64,000 bases of DNA from Scyliorhinus canicula (taxonomy: Eukaryota), in NCBI RefSeq assembly GCF_902713615.1, contig NW_024055461.1, forward strand, positions 2,411,323 through 2,475,322, read 5' to 3'. The position numbers and the translations under genes were made by a program. The notes under the pieces were generated by a model that was not told the DNA's origin, did no database searches, and saw only the letters and a program-made list of their open reading frames with translations. This document shows positions 22,381 through 36,172 of the stretch, in pieces. How positions within the stretch are numbered: position 1 is the stretch's first letter; each line of letters opens with the position of its first letter.

Positions 22381-23612
22381 TATGTAAACGCAGTAATATT
22401 ACTGAACCATTTACACCAGCAAAAGTGAGCATTACCAATCGCTCTATGGTGCTTTCATTCATTCCCCCCCCCACTTTACTGCCTTCCTCTTTGATTTTTC
22501 GAGCCAACTGTCACCATCCGTTCCCCAGAAGTCAATACATTTTCTTCTTCCATCTTTAACTTAAACTTTTCAGATCATTGATAGTTCTTTGAACATGAAT
22601 TCAGAGCTATTCCATCACAGCTGCCCATATATTCATCTCAGTTTTCTCGGAGGCCTGTAATGCGGATTTTATTCAATATTGAACAATTCACTATCCTGAC
22701 ACGCAGCTGTTGACTCTGTTTCCCTCCACATGGAACAGGTGTGTCAGTATTGCCTCTGTTAGAGAGGAGGGGGGGGGGGGTTGATATCTAATGTTCGGTG
22801 GGAACATTATTATTGATTTAAGCTCGTTACACGTTGATTCTCTGTGTGAGATTTCTGTCTGCTGTTGCCCTTACTACAGCAGACGTTGCTGCCTTGCCAG
22901 CACTTACTGGACAGGGTGCTCCCGCTCTTCTATGCTTGGCATTGTTGTATCAGCAGTTCACTGGAATGGGGCTCGATAGTTTTGCTCCGTCAGAGGCTAT
23001 CGTGATTGAGTGGACCGCAGGGTTACACATGGAACCATCACATGGGACGATCTCACGGGTCATTATTTCACATTTAAATCAATAGTTCCGTCCCAGATTA
23101 AATCCAGTCAGTCCATTTTTCCTGCCATCTAGTTGTTATAATGGATATACTTCTGATGATGATGCTGATGAAATAATGATCATCACTACAATTTCTGTTC
23201 GTATAGGAGATATTGAATGTGATTGTATTCGCTGGAGTTCAGAAAAACGAGTGGAGACCTCAGATAAACGTATAAACTTCGAACAGGACTGGAAGGGGTA
23301 ACTGCAGGAAGGATGTTCCCGGTGGTGTGCGTGTCCAGAATTAGGGGTCACAGTCTGAGGATACGGGCCGACCATTTGGGACAGACATGAGAAGAGATTT
23401 CTTCACTCAGAGAGTGATCAGCCAGAGTAGTTGAGGCCAAAATATTGTATGTTTTCAAGAACAGTTAGATAGAGCATTTAGGGTGAGGGGGATGGCAGTA
23501 CATGGGGGAATGTGGGATTAGGCTCTTGAGTTGGATGACTCATGATGAATGGCAGAGCAGGTTCGAAGTTCCGAATGACCTCCTCCAGTTCCTATTTTCT
23601 ATTTTTATACAT

Positions 23613-23938
23613 CAGAACCGCGCCAATAACATACATTGGGACGGCGGGTTGTTGAAATGAGGCTTGAAAAGGAAAGTAATATCACCCCACCTTAAATCAA
23701 GTTCTTCTGAATGTTCAGTGTTCTGTTCGTGTTAACAGCGCTATCATCCTCCAGTGTGCATGCATAATCTCTGCAAGGGAGAAAGACCCCGATGTTACTG
23801 ATCGATTCTCATCCACGTTTAGCAAAGCTACCAAAATCACCGAGCTGACGTCATCAAAGCCCTGATCCCCGACACCGCCATGCATTTCCGTGCCATGAGC
23901 CCCCGCTGCTATTGAGAGAAAGCAGGTCAAACACACTG
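23613..23938 (+). pseudogene. Degenerate family-B TCR V
   Basis: Acceptor atcag at 23613; DRFSSTFSKATKITELT and DTAMHFRAMSP (~DSAVYFCAMAP); decayed RSS followed by the same CTCF-bearing flank as the 19.5-kb V. Confidence 0.75.
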
Positions 23939-24496
23939 ACAATTCCAGTTACTACGCTGCAGAGGGCGCTCGCAAACAGAAGCAATAATTCAACCTGTGG
24001 GGTGAGAGCCAGAGGAATCTCTCTCAAAATGCAATAATCACAAAACGCAATAATCACGGTGAGGTCCACTCGCAGAATTATAATACTTGATGATTTCAAT
24101 TCGCAATATATTAAAAATGATCTTCACAAATGCCTTAATTGTCATGTGGCTTTACATTTATTTTCCCACACTGCCCCATCTAGTCGCCAGATCTCACGTT
24201 TCGCCCATAATCGTTTTACTTTCTTTCTTCTGATATTTAGGTTAACGATTTAAAACTCAATTTTCTGCTCGGCAAATTATTTCAGTCCGGCAAAAGTCCA
24301 GCTTTCGAAATATCAAAATAATAAGTCCAGGCCAATGAATAACCACAGAATCTCTCCTCTTCGGGCCGCCGACATCGGAACATCTCTCCGATATCCATTA
24401 GAGGGCGGCAGCTCACAATATCGCTCATGGGGTTCGCAGCACCTGTAGCGAGTTCAGTGAGACCTCATCCATTTTGAAATAAACATAGGTTTAATG

Positions 24497-26037
24497 AGTT
24501 GTACTCAACGTACCTCAATGGTTTGGAGAAGTTAATGCAGGCAATAATCATCACGAAGACATTCTCATATCGCAGGGGTTGCGCCTGATATTGGTCAGAG
24601 CGCCGAGAGAGGGAGGGAAGGATTGTTTGATGTGGGAAAGGATGTGAGAATGAGACTGAAATACTCCCTTTGACCTGTTTTCTGAATTACTTCACTGTAA
24701 CCATTTGGGCACCATGTATATTTCTCCTACGAGTGGATGTAGCATGAAAGGTTTTACTGGGCGGCTGGTATGAATTCTAATTAATGAGAACTTGCTTTAC
24801 TCGTCCCCGAGACGCTGTGAACCTGCTCTTTGAGCTTTGTTCCTGGGTTCTGAACAGAACAATGCAGAATTTCGGAAAAGCGCTGACGATATTCTCTCAT
24901 AAAGATAATCCAAAATCCGAGAGCCATGGCTCAGTGAATAAAGGATAACGAACCAGATTGAAGTTAATCGTTTGATGTGTGTGTCCAGAACCAGGGGTCA
25001 ACAGTCTGAGGATTCAGGTAAACCATTTCGGACAGAGATAAGGAGACATTTCTTCACACAAAGAGTAGCGAACCAGTGGAATTCATTGCCACAGGAAGCA
25101 GTTGATGCAAAAATTTTGAATATATTTAAGAGGTGGCTGGATATAGCACTTGGCGAGAATGGGATCAAAGGTTATGGGGAGAAAGCAGGATTGGGCTATT
25201 GAGTAGGATGATCAACCATGATCGTGATCAATGGCGGAGCAGGCTCAAAGGGCCAAAATGCCTCCTTCTTCTTCTATCTTTTATGTATCTATGTAAACAG
25301 TAAGTGTTACAACACCAGGTTAAAATCCAACAGGTTTATTTGGAATCACGAGTTTTCGGAGCGCAGCTCCTCCATCAGGAAGGCAGTTCCCTCGCCAAAT
25401 GAAGGAGCTGCGCTCCGGAAGGTCGTGGTTGCAATTAAACCTGTTGGACTTTAACCTGGTGTTATCAGACTTCTTACTGAGCCCAGCCCAGTCCAACGCC
25501 GGTAACTCACATCATTTTAAACAGAAGGAGCTATTGAACGAACTTCTGCTTACATTATTTGGAAACGTTCATGCTTTAAGAATGTTTAGTTGCTTGTGCA
25601 GTGACCGTTCGTGCCGTTGCTCTACAGTGAAAGATCTATTCTTTTTAGGCGTATGCTCACACACATTTCTTCTTTCGGGAATATTAGCAAAGATCCAGAG
25701 CAAATATGAACCCGCTGAGCCGCGTTGTGAGCTCTCCTTCCGGAGGCAACAGGTCCTCGCTTTGGACTTGAATAAGGAGGTTCTCGAGACGCAGCCATTG
25801 TGTCATGATACCGGCTGCTGGGTCGTCTGCCAAGCCAAAAAAATATGTAATTATTGTGAGATAATTGGCTCAGTAATTCATGAGGGAAAGCTCACTGGAG
25901 TCACGGCTGCCAGTCCCCTGATGGTAACTAACTGTCAGAAACTGATTGATCCCGAAGAAACCAAAACCAGGAATAATCCTGTGTTTGACTGTTGCAGTAA
26001 AAAGAAAAGAGGAGGAAGTGGCGTCGCGGTATTGTCA
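24497..26037 (+). repeat. Left arm of a ~1.5-kb inverted segmental duplication
   Basis: Non-TE sequence matches 31817-33687 in reverse complement at both ends and throughout (e.g. gcaggcaataatcatcacgaagacattctcatatcgcag). Confidence 0.85.
25295..25512. mobile_element. Palindromic Penelope-like element
   Basis: Inverted arms of the 12297-12510 family. Confidence 0.75.
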
Positions 26038-27099
26038 CAGAGTCATAGAATTTACAGCGCAAAAAGAGGCCATTCGGCCCATCGGGTCTGCAGCTGCCCT
26101 CGGAAAGAGCAGCTATTGAAGCCCAAAACTCCAATGTATCCACGGAACTTAGTATCTCCACCTAAACCTTTGGACACTTAAGGGGCAATTTAGCATAACG
26201 AACCCACCTAACCTGCACATCTTTGGACTGTGGGAGGAAACCGGAGCACCCGGAGGAAACCCACGCACACACGGGGAGAACGTGTAGGCTCCGCACAGAC
26301 AGTGACCCAAGCCGGGAATGGAACCTGGTCCCCAGGGGCTGTGAGGCAGCAGTGCTATCCGCTATGCCACCGTGACCCCGTGTCGCCGGGCTGGTAATCC
26401 AGGGACCAGAGTCATTGTTTGATGGCCCGAGTTCGAATCCCGGCATCGCAGATTAAGGTGACAATGAAACCATTGTCAATTGTATACACCTGTCTGATTC
26501 TCAAATGTCCTTTATGGACGAAATCTGGTGTCCTGACCTGGTCTGGCCTACATATACCTCCAGACCCACAGCAATGTGGTTAACTCTTAAATTCCCTGAG
26601 GGATGGGCAATAAATGCTGGTGCAGCCACCGGCTGCCACATCCCACGAACGAAACAAAATAAACACTGGTTTAATTTTCACCATCCATTCTGTCCAAAGA
26701 TGTGCGGGTTAGGTGGATTGGGCACGCTAAATTGCCCGTAGTGTCCTAATAAAAGTAAGGTTAAGGGCGGGGTTGTTGGGTTACGGGTATAGGGTGGATA
26801 CGTGGGTTTGAGTAGGGTGATCATGGCTCGGCACAACATTGAGGGCCGAAGGGCCTGTTCTGTGCTGTACTGTTCTATGTTCTATGTTCTATGTAAAGCG
26901 GACTTCTACCCCCTAAAATGCACTGAATTTCTGTCATCACTGGCAGATAGAGCATCACCCCGCCGGTTCACTCTGCCATTGGGGATATCAGGAAGTGAGG
27001 TTAGAGCAGCCTGAGATAGGACAACCTATAATTGGGGGCGGGGTTTTGGGTAGAAGGCTTTAAACATCCAAATTCCTTTTTACAGAGCTGACAGCGACA

Positions 27100-27610
27100 A
27101 TGCGGCTACTCAGCATCTGGGTGGTGTGCGGAGCGCTTCTACCAGGTAATTGTGGACCAAACACATTTCATATTTTCTCTCCTTTTTTACATATGGCTTA
27201 AAACGGATTTTTAACAGTCCTGGGTCCGATCTTTTCTTCGATTTGACCTTGTTTTATTTTTCAGATCTGAGTCATGGAGATTCTGTCACCCAGCCGCTGT
27301 CCTCGGAGGTTAAGACAGAAGGAGAAGAGTTGACCCTTACCTGCAGATATGATACTACAGCGAGCGGTTACTATTTATACTGGTACCGGCAGCGTGCAGA
27401 CTCTCAACCTGAGTTTATATTGTGGAAAAGCTCGGGGGGTGGTGAAGATAAAGCAGATTTTGCTAAAAGTCGTTTCTCTGCCGAGCTCCAGACATCGAAT
27501 AAATTCACCAGTTTAACCATCTCGGCTCTGCAGCTGGCTGACGCTGCCGTTTATTACTGCGCTCTCAGACTCACAGTGATAGGAAACAGGCTCTGCCCTG
27601 TACAAAAACT
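27100..27610 (+). CDS. Intact TCR alpha/delta V gene segment
   Basis: Leader 27100-27145 (MRLLSIWVVCGALLP). Exon 27265-27571: DLSHGDSVTQ...LTC...YLYWYRQ...DAAVYYCALR. Canonical CACAGTG (27572-27578), 23 bp, ACAAAAACT (27602-27610). Confidence 0.95.
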
Positions 27611-29756
27611 ATCTTTCACTGCAGATAGCAGCTCCTTTCTGACGCGGTTGTTAGGCTGACGCAGCCACAAGGTTAAGCGAGAGGAAACCAAACTAACCGC
27701 CAATGAAACTGTTCCCAGGAGCGGCTGAAAACTCAAACTGCAGAATTGAAGATGACAGACATATAATCACACAATCACATTGGAAGGCACCCTGGCTTTA
27801 ATCATATGCTGCCACGCATCCAGATTCTCCCGCCTCTCTTCCCCGTGTCTCTCTGGCTCTGTGAGGCCAGTTGGTGGCGATGTGGGCAATGGTTGAAAAG
27901 AAAACTGCCGCAGCGCCGCTACAGTCAGTTCCTGATAATCCTGGTCTGTAAATTATCACCAGGAAACTCTGGATTGTTAATGACAGCAGAAATCACCCCA
28001 GCGCTAGGAAGCATTCTGAAGCTCAATGGTCACTGGGTACACACGACTTGGGATTTGTTTCAAAGATCACAGTCACTATCTTGTGGCTTCTGCTTATTTT
28101 TTGTACCTTGTCTCTGGCCCAGCATAACTCTCCGTTTAAATAAAAGCTGTGAACAGGCCGCGGTCAAAGGCTACAGGAGTGTTCGTGGCCTTTTCTTGTT
28201 GAGTGATGCATTTTGTTGAAAACATTGCTGTAACTTTTATTGACAGGCAGAGTTGTTCTTCGTTTTAGGCGCGTGATAGGCTGTCTGGGACTTTCAATGT
28301 GCGGATTCCACTATCTGGATCTCTTTGTATCGGTCCAGATTTCTGCACATTCGGTAAATCGATCTGTCTTTCTGGTAAACATCCTTGCGTTGAAAAATGC
28401 ATGGAAATAAACACAAATTATTCAGCGAGTGACTGCAGAATTGGACAAGTTCAAACAACAAATTCCCTAAATGGAGCTGTGCTCGCTCTAACCCACCTCA
28501 CCCGTTTTATTGGAGAGATTGTTGCCATTTTGACTGCATGGCATTTGTTGTATCAGAAGTTCAATGGAGAGACGATCTATATTTCTCACCCGATAGAGCA
28601 TGTCCCTGGATAGCAGAGGTCACAGAAAAATACAGTGCGGAAAAGACCCTTCGGCCCATCGAGTCTGCACCGCCGCATGAAAGGCACTTCATCTACCAAT
28701 CCTAATCCCATGTACGAGCATTTGGCCTATAGCCTTGAATGTTACGACGTGCCAAGTGCTCATCCTGGTAGTTTCTAAAGGATGTCAGTCAACCCGCCTC
28801 TACCACCCCCCCCCCCCCCTCCCCCGATAGTGATTTCCAGACGTCACCACCCTCTGGGAAAAAGGTTTTCCTCAAATCCCTCCTGAACCTCTCACCCCTC
28901 ACCTTGAACATGCGTCCCCTCGAACCGACCCTTCAACTAAGGGAAACAGTTTTTCTCTATCCACCCGCTCCGTGCACGTCATAATCTGGTACACCTCGAT
29001 AAGGTCATCCCTCAGCCTTCTCTGCTCAACCCGAGCCTATGCAACCTCTCTTCAGAACTTAAATGTTCCATCCCAGGCAACATCCTGGTGAATCGCCTCT
29101 GCACCCGCCCCAGTGCAATCACAACGAAGAACAAAAAACAAAGAACAATAGAGCACAGGAACAGGCACTTCGGCCATCCAAGCCTGTGCCGCTCATGATA
29201 CCAACCGTGGCCAAAACCCTCAGCACTTCCTTGTGCCGTATCCCTCTATACCCATCCTATTCATGTGTTTGTCAAGATGCCTTTTGAATGGCGTTAATAT
29301 ATCTGATTCCACAACCTCCCCTGGCAAGGCGTTCCAGGCACTCACCATCCACTGCATAAAAAAACTGCCTCGCACACCTCCTCTAAACTTTGCCCCACGG
29401 ACTTTAAACCTATGCCCCTGGTGACTGACCCCTCCACCCGAGGAAAGAGTGCCTGCCCATCCACTCTATCCATGCCCCTCATAATCTTATAGACCTCTAT
29501 CAGGTCACCCCTCAACCTCCATCTTCCTAATTAAAGCAGTCCGCGTCTATTCAGCCTCTCCGCACGGCTAACCCCCTCCAGACCAGGCACCATCCTAGTA
29601 AACCTCCTCTGCAGCCCCTCCAAAGCTAGTGATTTGAAATAAACCTGTTGCACTTTAACCTGGTGCTGTAAGACTTCTTATTGTTAACATTCATTATCGA
29701 TAGTAAAATGCTTGTCATGTTGATGTATCGGTAAATATTGTGGTTGTACATGTCAG

Positions 29757-30100
29757 ATGGAGCCTTTAAGATTCGGTGGAGCAGGCCGTAACGGAATTGT
29801 TCGTACAGAAATAAAGTAATGTGACCATCAGCTGCACCAAGAAAACAATAGATTCCAGTCCTTACGTGTTCAGCTACAGCCAGGGTATGAACATTGTCCA
29901 CAGCATATGTTTCATCTCTATGAAGGGACAGCAAAATTGGGAACCCAGACTTTACAGTGCGATCATTTCCCATGTTCGGTAATGCTAATAAACCACCGAG
30001 TAAATGATGAGCAAAACATAGATTTCAGAGGCCAGTGCCTATCTCTGTGCGATGGAGCCCCTCTATGCTGTAGATATATAGCAGAGCCTGGACAAAAGTC
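29757..30100 (+). pseudogene. Degenerate family-B TCR V
   Basis: tgtcag acceptor, then WSL*DSVEQAVTEL...NVTISC...SPYVF and ...SAYLCAMEP; nonamer relic acaaaagtc at 30092-30100; no leader found. Confidence 0.75.
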
Positions 30101-31816
30101 GACAAAGAGTTACAGTAAGTGCCACAAATAGATAATCCCACACTAATAAAACAACATCAGTAATTCTCCCACCGCTGTGAGATTCACAGTGATTAGTTTT
30201 TAACTGATGAAACACAATACCCAACAAGATCAGAAGTGGTCTAGTCCCTAACTTAAATTTAGTTAATATCTCTCAGTTAGAAAAAATATAAACTTTACAA
30301 ACGCACCTCTCGGCCTGTAACTAGAATTCTGCCTTTCCATATATTTTCCATGTCTGTTCCATCTCATCGCCTGTCTGCATTTTGTAAACTCATCATCTTT
30401 TAACATTCCGTGTTAATCTGTAAATTAGTGATGTAAAACAGTTCTCTCTTCTCCAAATATCAATTCAGGGAGGTTCAATCTGAACAGCCTATAACTAGTA
30501 ACTGTCACACCTGATCATTAATGTACATTTGACTCCAGAGGCGCAGAAATATAGTTGCCTCCCTGCTTCCCTCTGCAATAATCGAGCAAGCCATTCAGGT
30601 AAAGGGCTAATTAGAGATGGACAGGATGCTGGACTGTGGGGCGGACTACCTGCATTTGGGTGTGATGGACGCAAACTTTGTGCCAAATATCACATTTGGT
30701 CATCCTGTGGTAGAATGTCTTCGTAAGGAACTTGGAAAAGAACTGACCTTGCCACCAATTCCCAAATGAAGAATAAAAATTATGCCATTTTAGTCCACAA
30801 GAAATAATATCTGATTTACAGGAGTTAAGAAGACAATATATATTTATAACTGGATAGAAATTCCTGACAAAGAATTATAAAGACATGGAAACATCGAAAA
30901 TAGGGGCAGGAGGAAGTCATTCTGCACTTCCGCCCTGCTCCTCCAATCATTATGATCATGGCTCATCGCCCAATTCAGTAACCTGTTCCCGCCTCCCCCC
31001 AATATCGTTTGATCCCCTTCGCCCCAGTGCCATATCTACCAGCTTCTTGAAAACATGTTTTGGCCTCAGCTCCTTTATGTGGTAAATAATTCCACAGGCT
31101 GACCACGCTCTGGATGAAAAGGTTTCTCACCATTTATGTCCTAAATGTTCCTCCCCGTATCTGCAGATTATGGCCCCTGGTTCTGGACACCATCGGGAAC
31201 ATCCTTCTTCCATCTACCCTGTCTAGTCTTGTTCGGATTTCCTAGGTTTCTGTGATTCCCCCTCATTCTTCGGAATTCCTGAGACTACAGTTCTAGCCAA
31301 CTCAATCTCTCCTCATACATCAGATTCACCATCCGATGAATCAGTCGAGTACACCTTCTCTGCACTCCCTGGTGAGCAAGAACATGCTTTCTCAGAAAAA
31401 AAAAACCACAATTACATACAATATTCCAGGTGTGGCCTCACCAAGACCCTGTATAATTGCAGCAAGCCATCCCTGTCAGACCTTAAACCTATGTTCCCTG
31501 GTGGATGGGTCAGCCACCAGGGGGCATAGGTTTAAGGTCCGTGGGGCAAAGTTTAGACGAGATGTGCAAGGCAGGATTTCTATGCAGCATGGGTTTCCTC
31601 CGGGTGCTCCGCTTTCCTCCCAAAGTGCAAAGGTGTGCAGGTTAGGTGGATTCACTTTGCTCAATTGGCCCTTAAGTGTCCAAAAGGTTAGGTGGAGTAA
31701 CTGAGTAACGGCAATATGTGGGAGGTGTAAGGCTTCAATAGGATGGTTTTTGCGAGGGCCGGTGCAGGCACGATGGGCCAAACGGTCTCTTTCTGCACTG
31801 TAAATTATATGACTAT

Positions 31817-33687
31817 GACAATACCACTACGCCATTTCCTCCCCTTTTCTGTTTACTGCACTGTCAAACACGGGATTTGTCCTGAATGTGGTTAATTCGG
31901 GAACTATCAGTTTCTTACAGGCTTTCCATCAGGGGACAGGCAACCGTGACTCCAGTGAGCTTTCCCTCATGAATCACTGAGCCAATTGTCTCACCATGAT
32001 TACAGATTTTGTCGGCTTGGCATACGACCCGCCAGCCAGTCTTGTGACACAACGGCAGTGTCCCCAGAAACTACTTATTCATGTCCACCGCGAGGACCAG
32101 TTGCCTCCGGAAGGAGAGCTTACAACGCGGTTCAACAGCTTCATATTTGCTCTGGAATCCTTTGCTAATATTCCCGAAAGAAAAAAATGTGTGTGAGCAT
32201 ATGCCTGAAAGGAATAGATCTTTCACTTCAGAGCAACGGCACGAGCTATCACTGCACAAGCTACTGAACATTCTTAACGAATGAACGTTTCCAACTAATG
32301 TAAGCAGGATTTCGTTCAGTGGCTCCTTCTGTTTAAAATGGTGTGGAGATGCCGGCGTTGGTTTCGGGTGAGCTCAGTCAGAAGACTTACGACACCAGGT
32401 TAAAGTCCAACAGGTTTGTTTGCAACCACGAGCTTACGGAGCACAGCTCCTTCATTAGGTGAGGGAGCTGCCTTCCTGATGAAGGAGCTGCGCTCCAGCA
32501 ACTCGTGATTCCAAATAAACCTGTTGGATTTTAATCTGGTGTTGTAAGACTTCTTACTGTTTACATAGATACATAGAAGATAGGAGCAGGAGGAGGCCTT
32601 TGGCCCTTCGAGCCTGCTCCGCCATTGATCACGATCATGGCTGATCATCCAACTCAATAGCCTAATCCTGCTTTCTCCCCATAGCTTTTGATCCCATTCT
32701 CCCCAAGTGCTATATCCAGCAGCCTCTTGAATATATTAAAGTTTTAGCATCAACTGCTTCATGTGGCAATAAATTCCACAGGTCCGCTGCTCTTTGTGTG
32801 AAGAAATATCTCTTTATCTCTGGCAGAAATGGGTTACCCTGAATCCTCAGACTGTAACCCCTGGTTCTGGACACACCCATCAAACGATTAACTTCAATCT
32901 GGTTCATTATCGTTTATTCACTGAGCCATGGCTCTCGGATTTTGGATTATTTTATGAGAGAATATCGTCAGCGCTTTTCAGAAATTCTGTATTATTCTGT
33001 TGAGAACCCTGGGGCAAAGCTCAAAGAGCAGGTTCACAGCGTCTCGGGGACGAGTAAAGCGAGTTCTCATTAATTAGAATTCATACCAGCCACCCAGTAA
33101 AACCTTTCATGCTACGTCCACTCGTAGTATATAGATATATAACATACAGTGCAGAAGGAGGCCATTCGGCCCATCGAGTCTGCACCGACCCACTTAAGCC
33201 CTCACTTCCACCCTATCCCCGTAACCCAATAATCCTTCCTTTTTTGGACACTAAGGGCAATTGTTCATGGCCAATCCACCTAACCTGCACATCTTTGGAC
33301 TGTGGGAGGCAACCGGAGCTCCCGGAGGAAACCCACGCACACACGGGGAGAACGTGCATACTCCGCACAGACAGTGACCCAAACCGCGAATCGAACCTGG
33401 GATCCTGGCGCTGTGAAGCCACAGTGCTAACCACTGTGCTACCGTGCTGCCCAAAGTAGAAATACACATGGTGCCCAAATGGTTAGAGTCAAGTAATTCA
33501 GAAACATGTCAAAGTGAGTATTTCAGTCTCATTCTCACATCCTTTCCCACATCAGACACTCCTTCACTGCCTCTCTCTCTCTGCACTATGACCAATATCA
33601 GGCTCAAATACTGCGATATGAGAATGTCTTCGTGATGATTATTGCCTGCATTAGCTTCTCCCAACCATTGAGGTAAGTTGAGTTCAA
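31817..33687 (-). repeat. Right arm of the inverted duplication, with an extra HE1 SINE (~33140-33450)
   Basis: Reverse complement of 24497-26037; the SINE is absent from the left arm. Confidence 0.85.
32338..32560. mobile_element. Palindromic Penelope-like element (duplicated copy of 25295-25512)
   Basis: Inverted arms; CTGATGA-A-GGAGC-TGC-GCTCC core at 32476-32496. Confidence 0.75.
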
Positions 33688-33717
33688 ATATTTGTCGCTA
33701 TCTGGGAAGGCCACTTA

Positions 33718-34478
33718 CAATATGGAACAGGGAAGGTCGCAAAGCATATGGTATAATGGTATAATTCTTGGTAGCGTGGATGAGCAGAGGGATCTCGGTG
33801 TCCATGTACATAGATCACTGAAAGTTGCCACCCAGGTTGATAGGGTTGTGAAGACGGCCTATGGTGTGTTGGCCTTTATTGGTAGAGGGATTGAGTTCCG
33901 GAGCCATGAGGTCATGTTGCAGCTGTACAAAACTCTGGTACGGCCGTATTTGGAGTATGGCGTACAGTTCTGGTCGCCTCATTATAGGAATGATGTGGAA
34001 GCTTTGGAACGGGTGCAGAGGAGATTTACCAGGATGTTGCCTGGTATGGAGGGAAAATCTTATGAGGAAAGGCTGATGGACTTGAGGTAGTTTTCGTTAG
34101 AGAGAAGAAGGTTAAGAGATGACTTAATAGAGGCATACAAAATGATCAGAGGGTTAGATAGGGTGGACAGTGAGAGCCTTCTCCCGCGGATGGAGGTGGC
34201 TAGCACGAGGGGACATAGCCTTAAATTAAGGGGTAATAGATACAGGACAGAGGTCAGAGGTAGGTTTTTTACGCAAAGAGTGGTGAGGCCGTGGAATGTC
34301 CTACCTGTAACAGTAGTGAACTCGCCAACATTGAGGGCATTTAAAAGTTTATTGGATAAGCATATGAATGATAAGGGCATAGTGTAAGTTAGATGGCCTT
34401 TAGTTTTTGACTTCCCATGTCGGTGCAACATTGAGGGCCGAAGGGCCTGTACTGCGCTGTATCGTTCTATGTTCTATG
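33718..34478 (+). mobile_element. 5'-truncated CR1 LINE
   Basis: ORFs 33692-34090 and 34142-34387 closely match the copy at 256-992; (tgttcta)n tail. Confidence 0.92.
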
Positions 34479-35686
34479 AATAATGCCTATTGGAAAGTGT
34501 GACACCTAGCGGCTTTCACACCCGCATTGTCCAAGTTGCCTTCCGTTTTTTAACTTATGACAATATCCCTTTGACACATTCCTGTTTATCTTCGCCCTTC
34601 ATCATTTTGATGCGGTATTCCTGGGAATAAGAAATCACGATTGAAAAAATAAAATTAATCTTTCACTATCCATCTTTCCATGAAATTGAAGTGATTTTGT
34701 CATTGAATCGTCTACCAATGGAAATAATTACAGGCGATGTACTCCAGCACAAGAGCAAAATTCGAAGGAGATAAATTGATTCTCCTTTCTACCTTGTTTG
34801 TTACAAGCAAAATAATCCAAAATTCCCTTGTCTGTTTTCATAAAGGTCCTTCAATCCTGGTACTCTTCTGATATATAACATCTGCACTCTCTCCAACTTG
34901 TTAACATCCTTTGTACTTTATCTTTCACTGGATTTGGACAGAGAAGTCCAGCCATAATTTCTACAGAGTTAGGAACACGTTTCGATATAAACAGCACCAG
35001 TGACAAAACCTGTGTCCATATGGCTCCACTTTATAGAATAGAATCATAGAATCGCTACAGTACAGAAGGAGGCCATTCGGCCATCGAGTCCGCATCGATC
35101 CTCGGGAAGAGCACTCCACCAAAGCCCACTTCTCCGCCCAATTCCTATAATCCTTGAACCTAATCTAAACGTCCTTGACACTGAGGGACAATTTAGCATG
35201 GCCAATGCACCTAACCTGCAAATCTTTGGACTGTGGAAGGAAACTGGAGCACCCGGAGAAAACCCACGCAGACACCGGGAGAAAGTGCAAACTCCACACA
35301 GTCACCCAAGGCCGGAATTGAACCTGGGTCCCTGGCGCTGTGAGGCAGCAGTGCTAACCACTGTGCCACCGTGCTGAAATTTAGCTTTCTGGCAAACGTT
35401 CATGTCTGCAGATAAAATATTCACCGAATCCACTCAATGATCTCCTGCGACAAATGGATTACTTAGAACCCGCAAGCAGAGGGCTCCAATATCAGGCATG
35501 GGCCTGAATAAGTCACGTGATAGCACTGACAAATCAATGGGGATGGTAGCCTGGGTGATGTCACAATGGGCCTGGCCCCCAGCAGTGTGTGGGTGGAACA
35601 TTGAGCTGAACAGAGCCCGGGTTCCCTCTCTCCTCTCAATCTCTGCCTCATTCCATTCCCATTCACTCAGAGAGATTTAGTCAGAC

Positions 35687-36172
35687 ATGTCTCTGTTAAT
35701 ACTGGCGGCGCTCTTGCATAGTAAGTACTGGATTATGGGCTGGATTCTCCGGAACCTCAGCCGCGTGTTTCTCGGATGGACAACTCACTCTCAGATTCTC
35801 GCAAATTGCGATTTACTCTTGATATTTCATATTTTCACAGGCGGACTATGCGCAGATCCAGTAACTCAGTGACCGGTTACAATACCCGCACAGGCAGGGG
35901 GTTCAGTGCAGTTAGATTGCGAATATACAGACCCGACTATGTACCACATGCTATGTTATCAGCAAAAGACGGTACAGCCGCCGAGATTGATCATCATTAA
36001 CATATTGACGATGAAGAAAGAGGAGATCGCAGGACGATATCTGGCGGCTGCCAACAAGTCCAAAAAGAATGGTTATCTCAATATAAACGCGCTCAGTGTG
36101 GATGACGGGGCGGTCTATTACTGTGGATTGAGCACAGTGTCAGACAGCAGAAAAAAACTACGTACAGAAACC
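35687..36172 (+). pseudogene. TCR V pseudogene, family A
   Basis: Leader 35687-35720. Exon from 35841 has TGA at 35870-35872 and core Trp changed to Cys; ends DDGAVYYCGL. CACAGTG (36133-36139), 24 bp, ACAGAAACC (36164-36172). Confidence 0.9.

Noticed and set aside
25399-26181. 260-aa ORF
   Set aside because: Runs across a Penelope-like arm, duplicated intergenic DNA and a SINE tail; not preserved in the duplicated arm.
28095-28330. Minus-strand LQLSDAA-like and acaaaaaat nonamer-like relic
   Set aside because: No recognisable heptamer or conserved residues; cannot be distinguished from chance.
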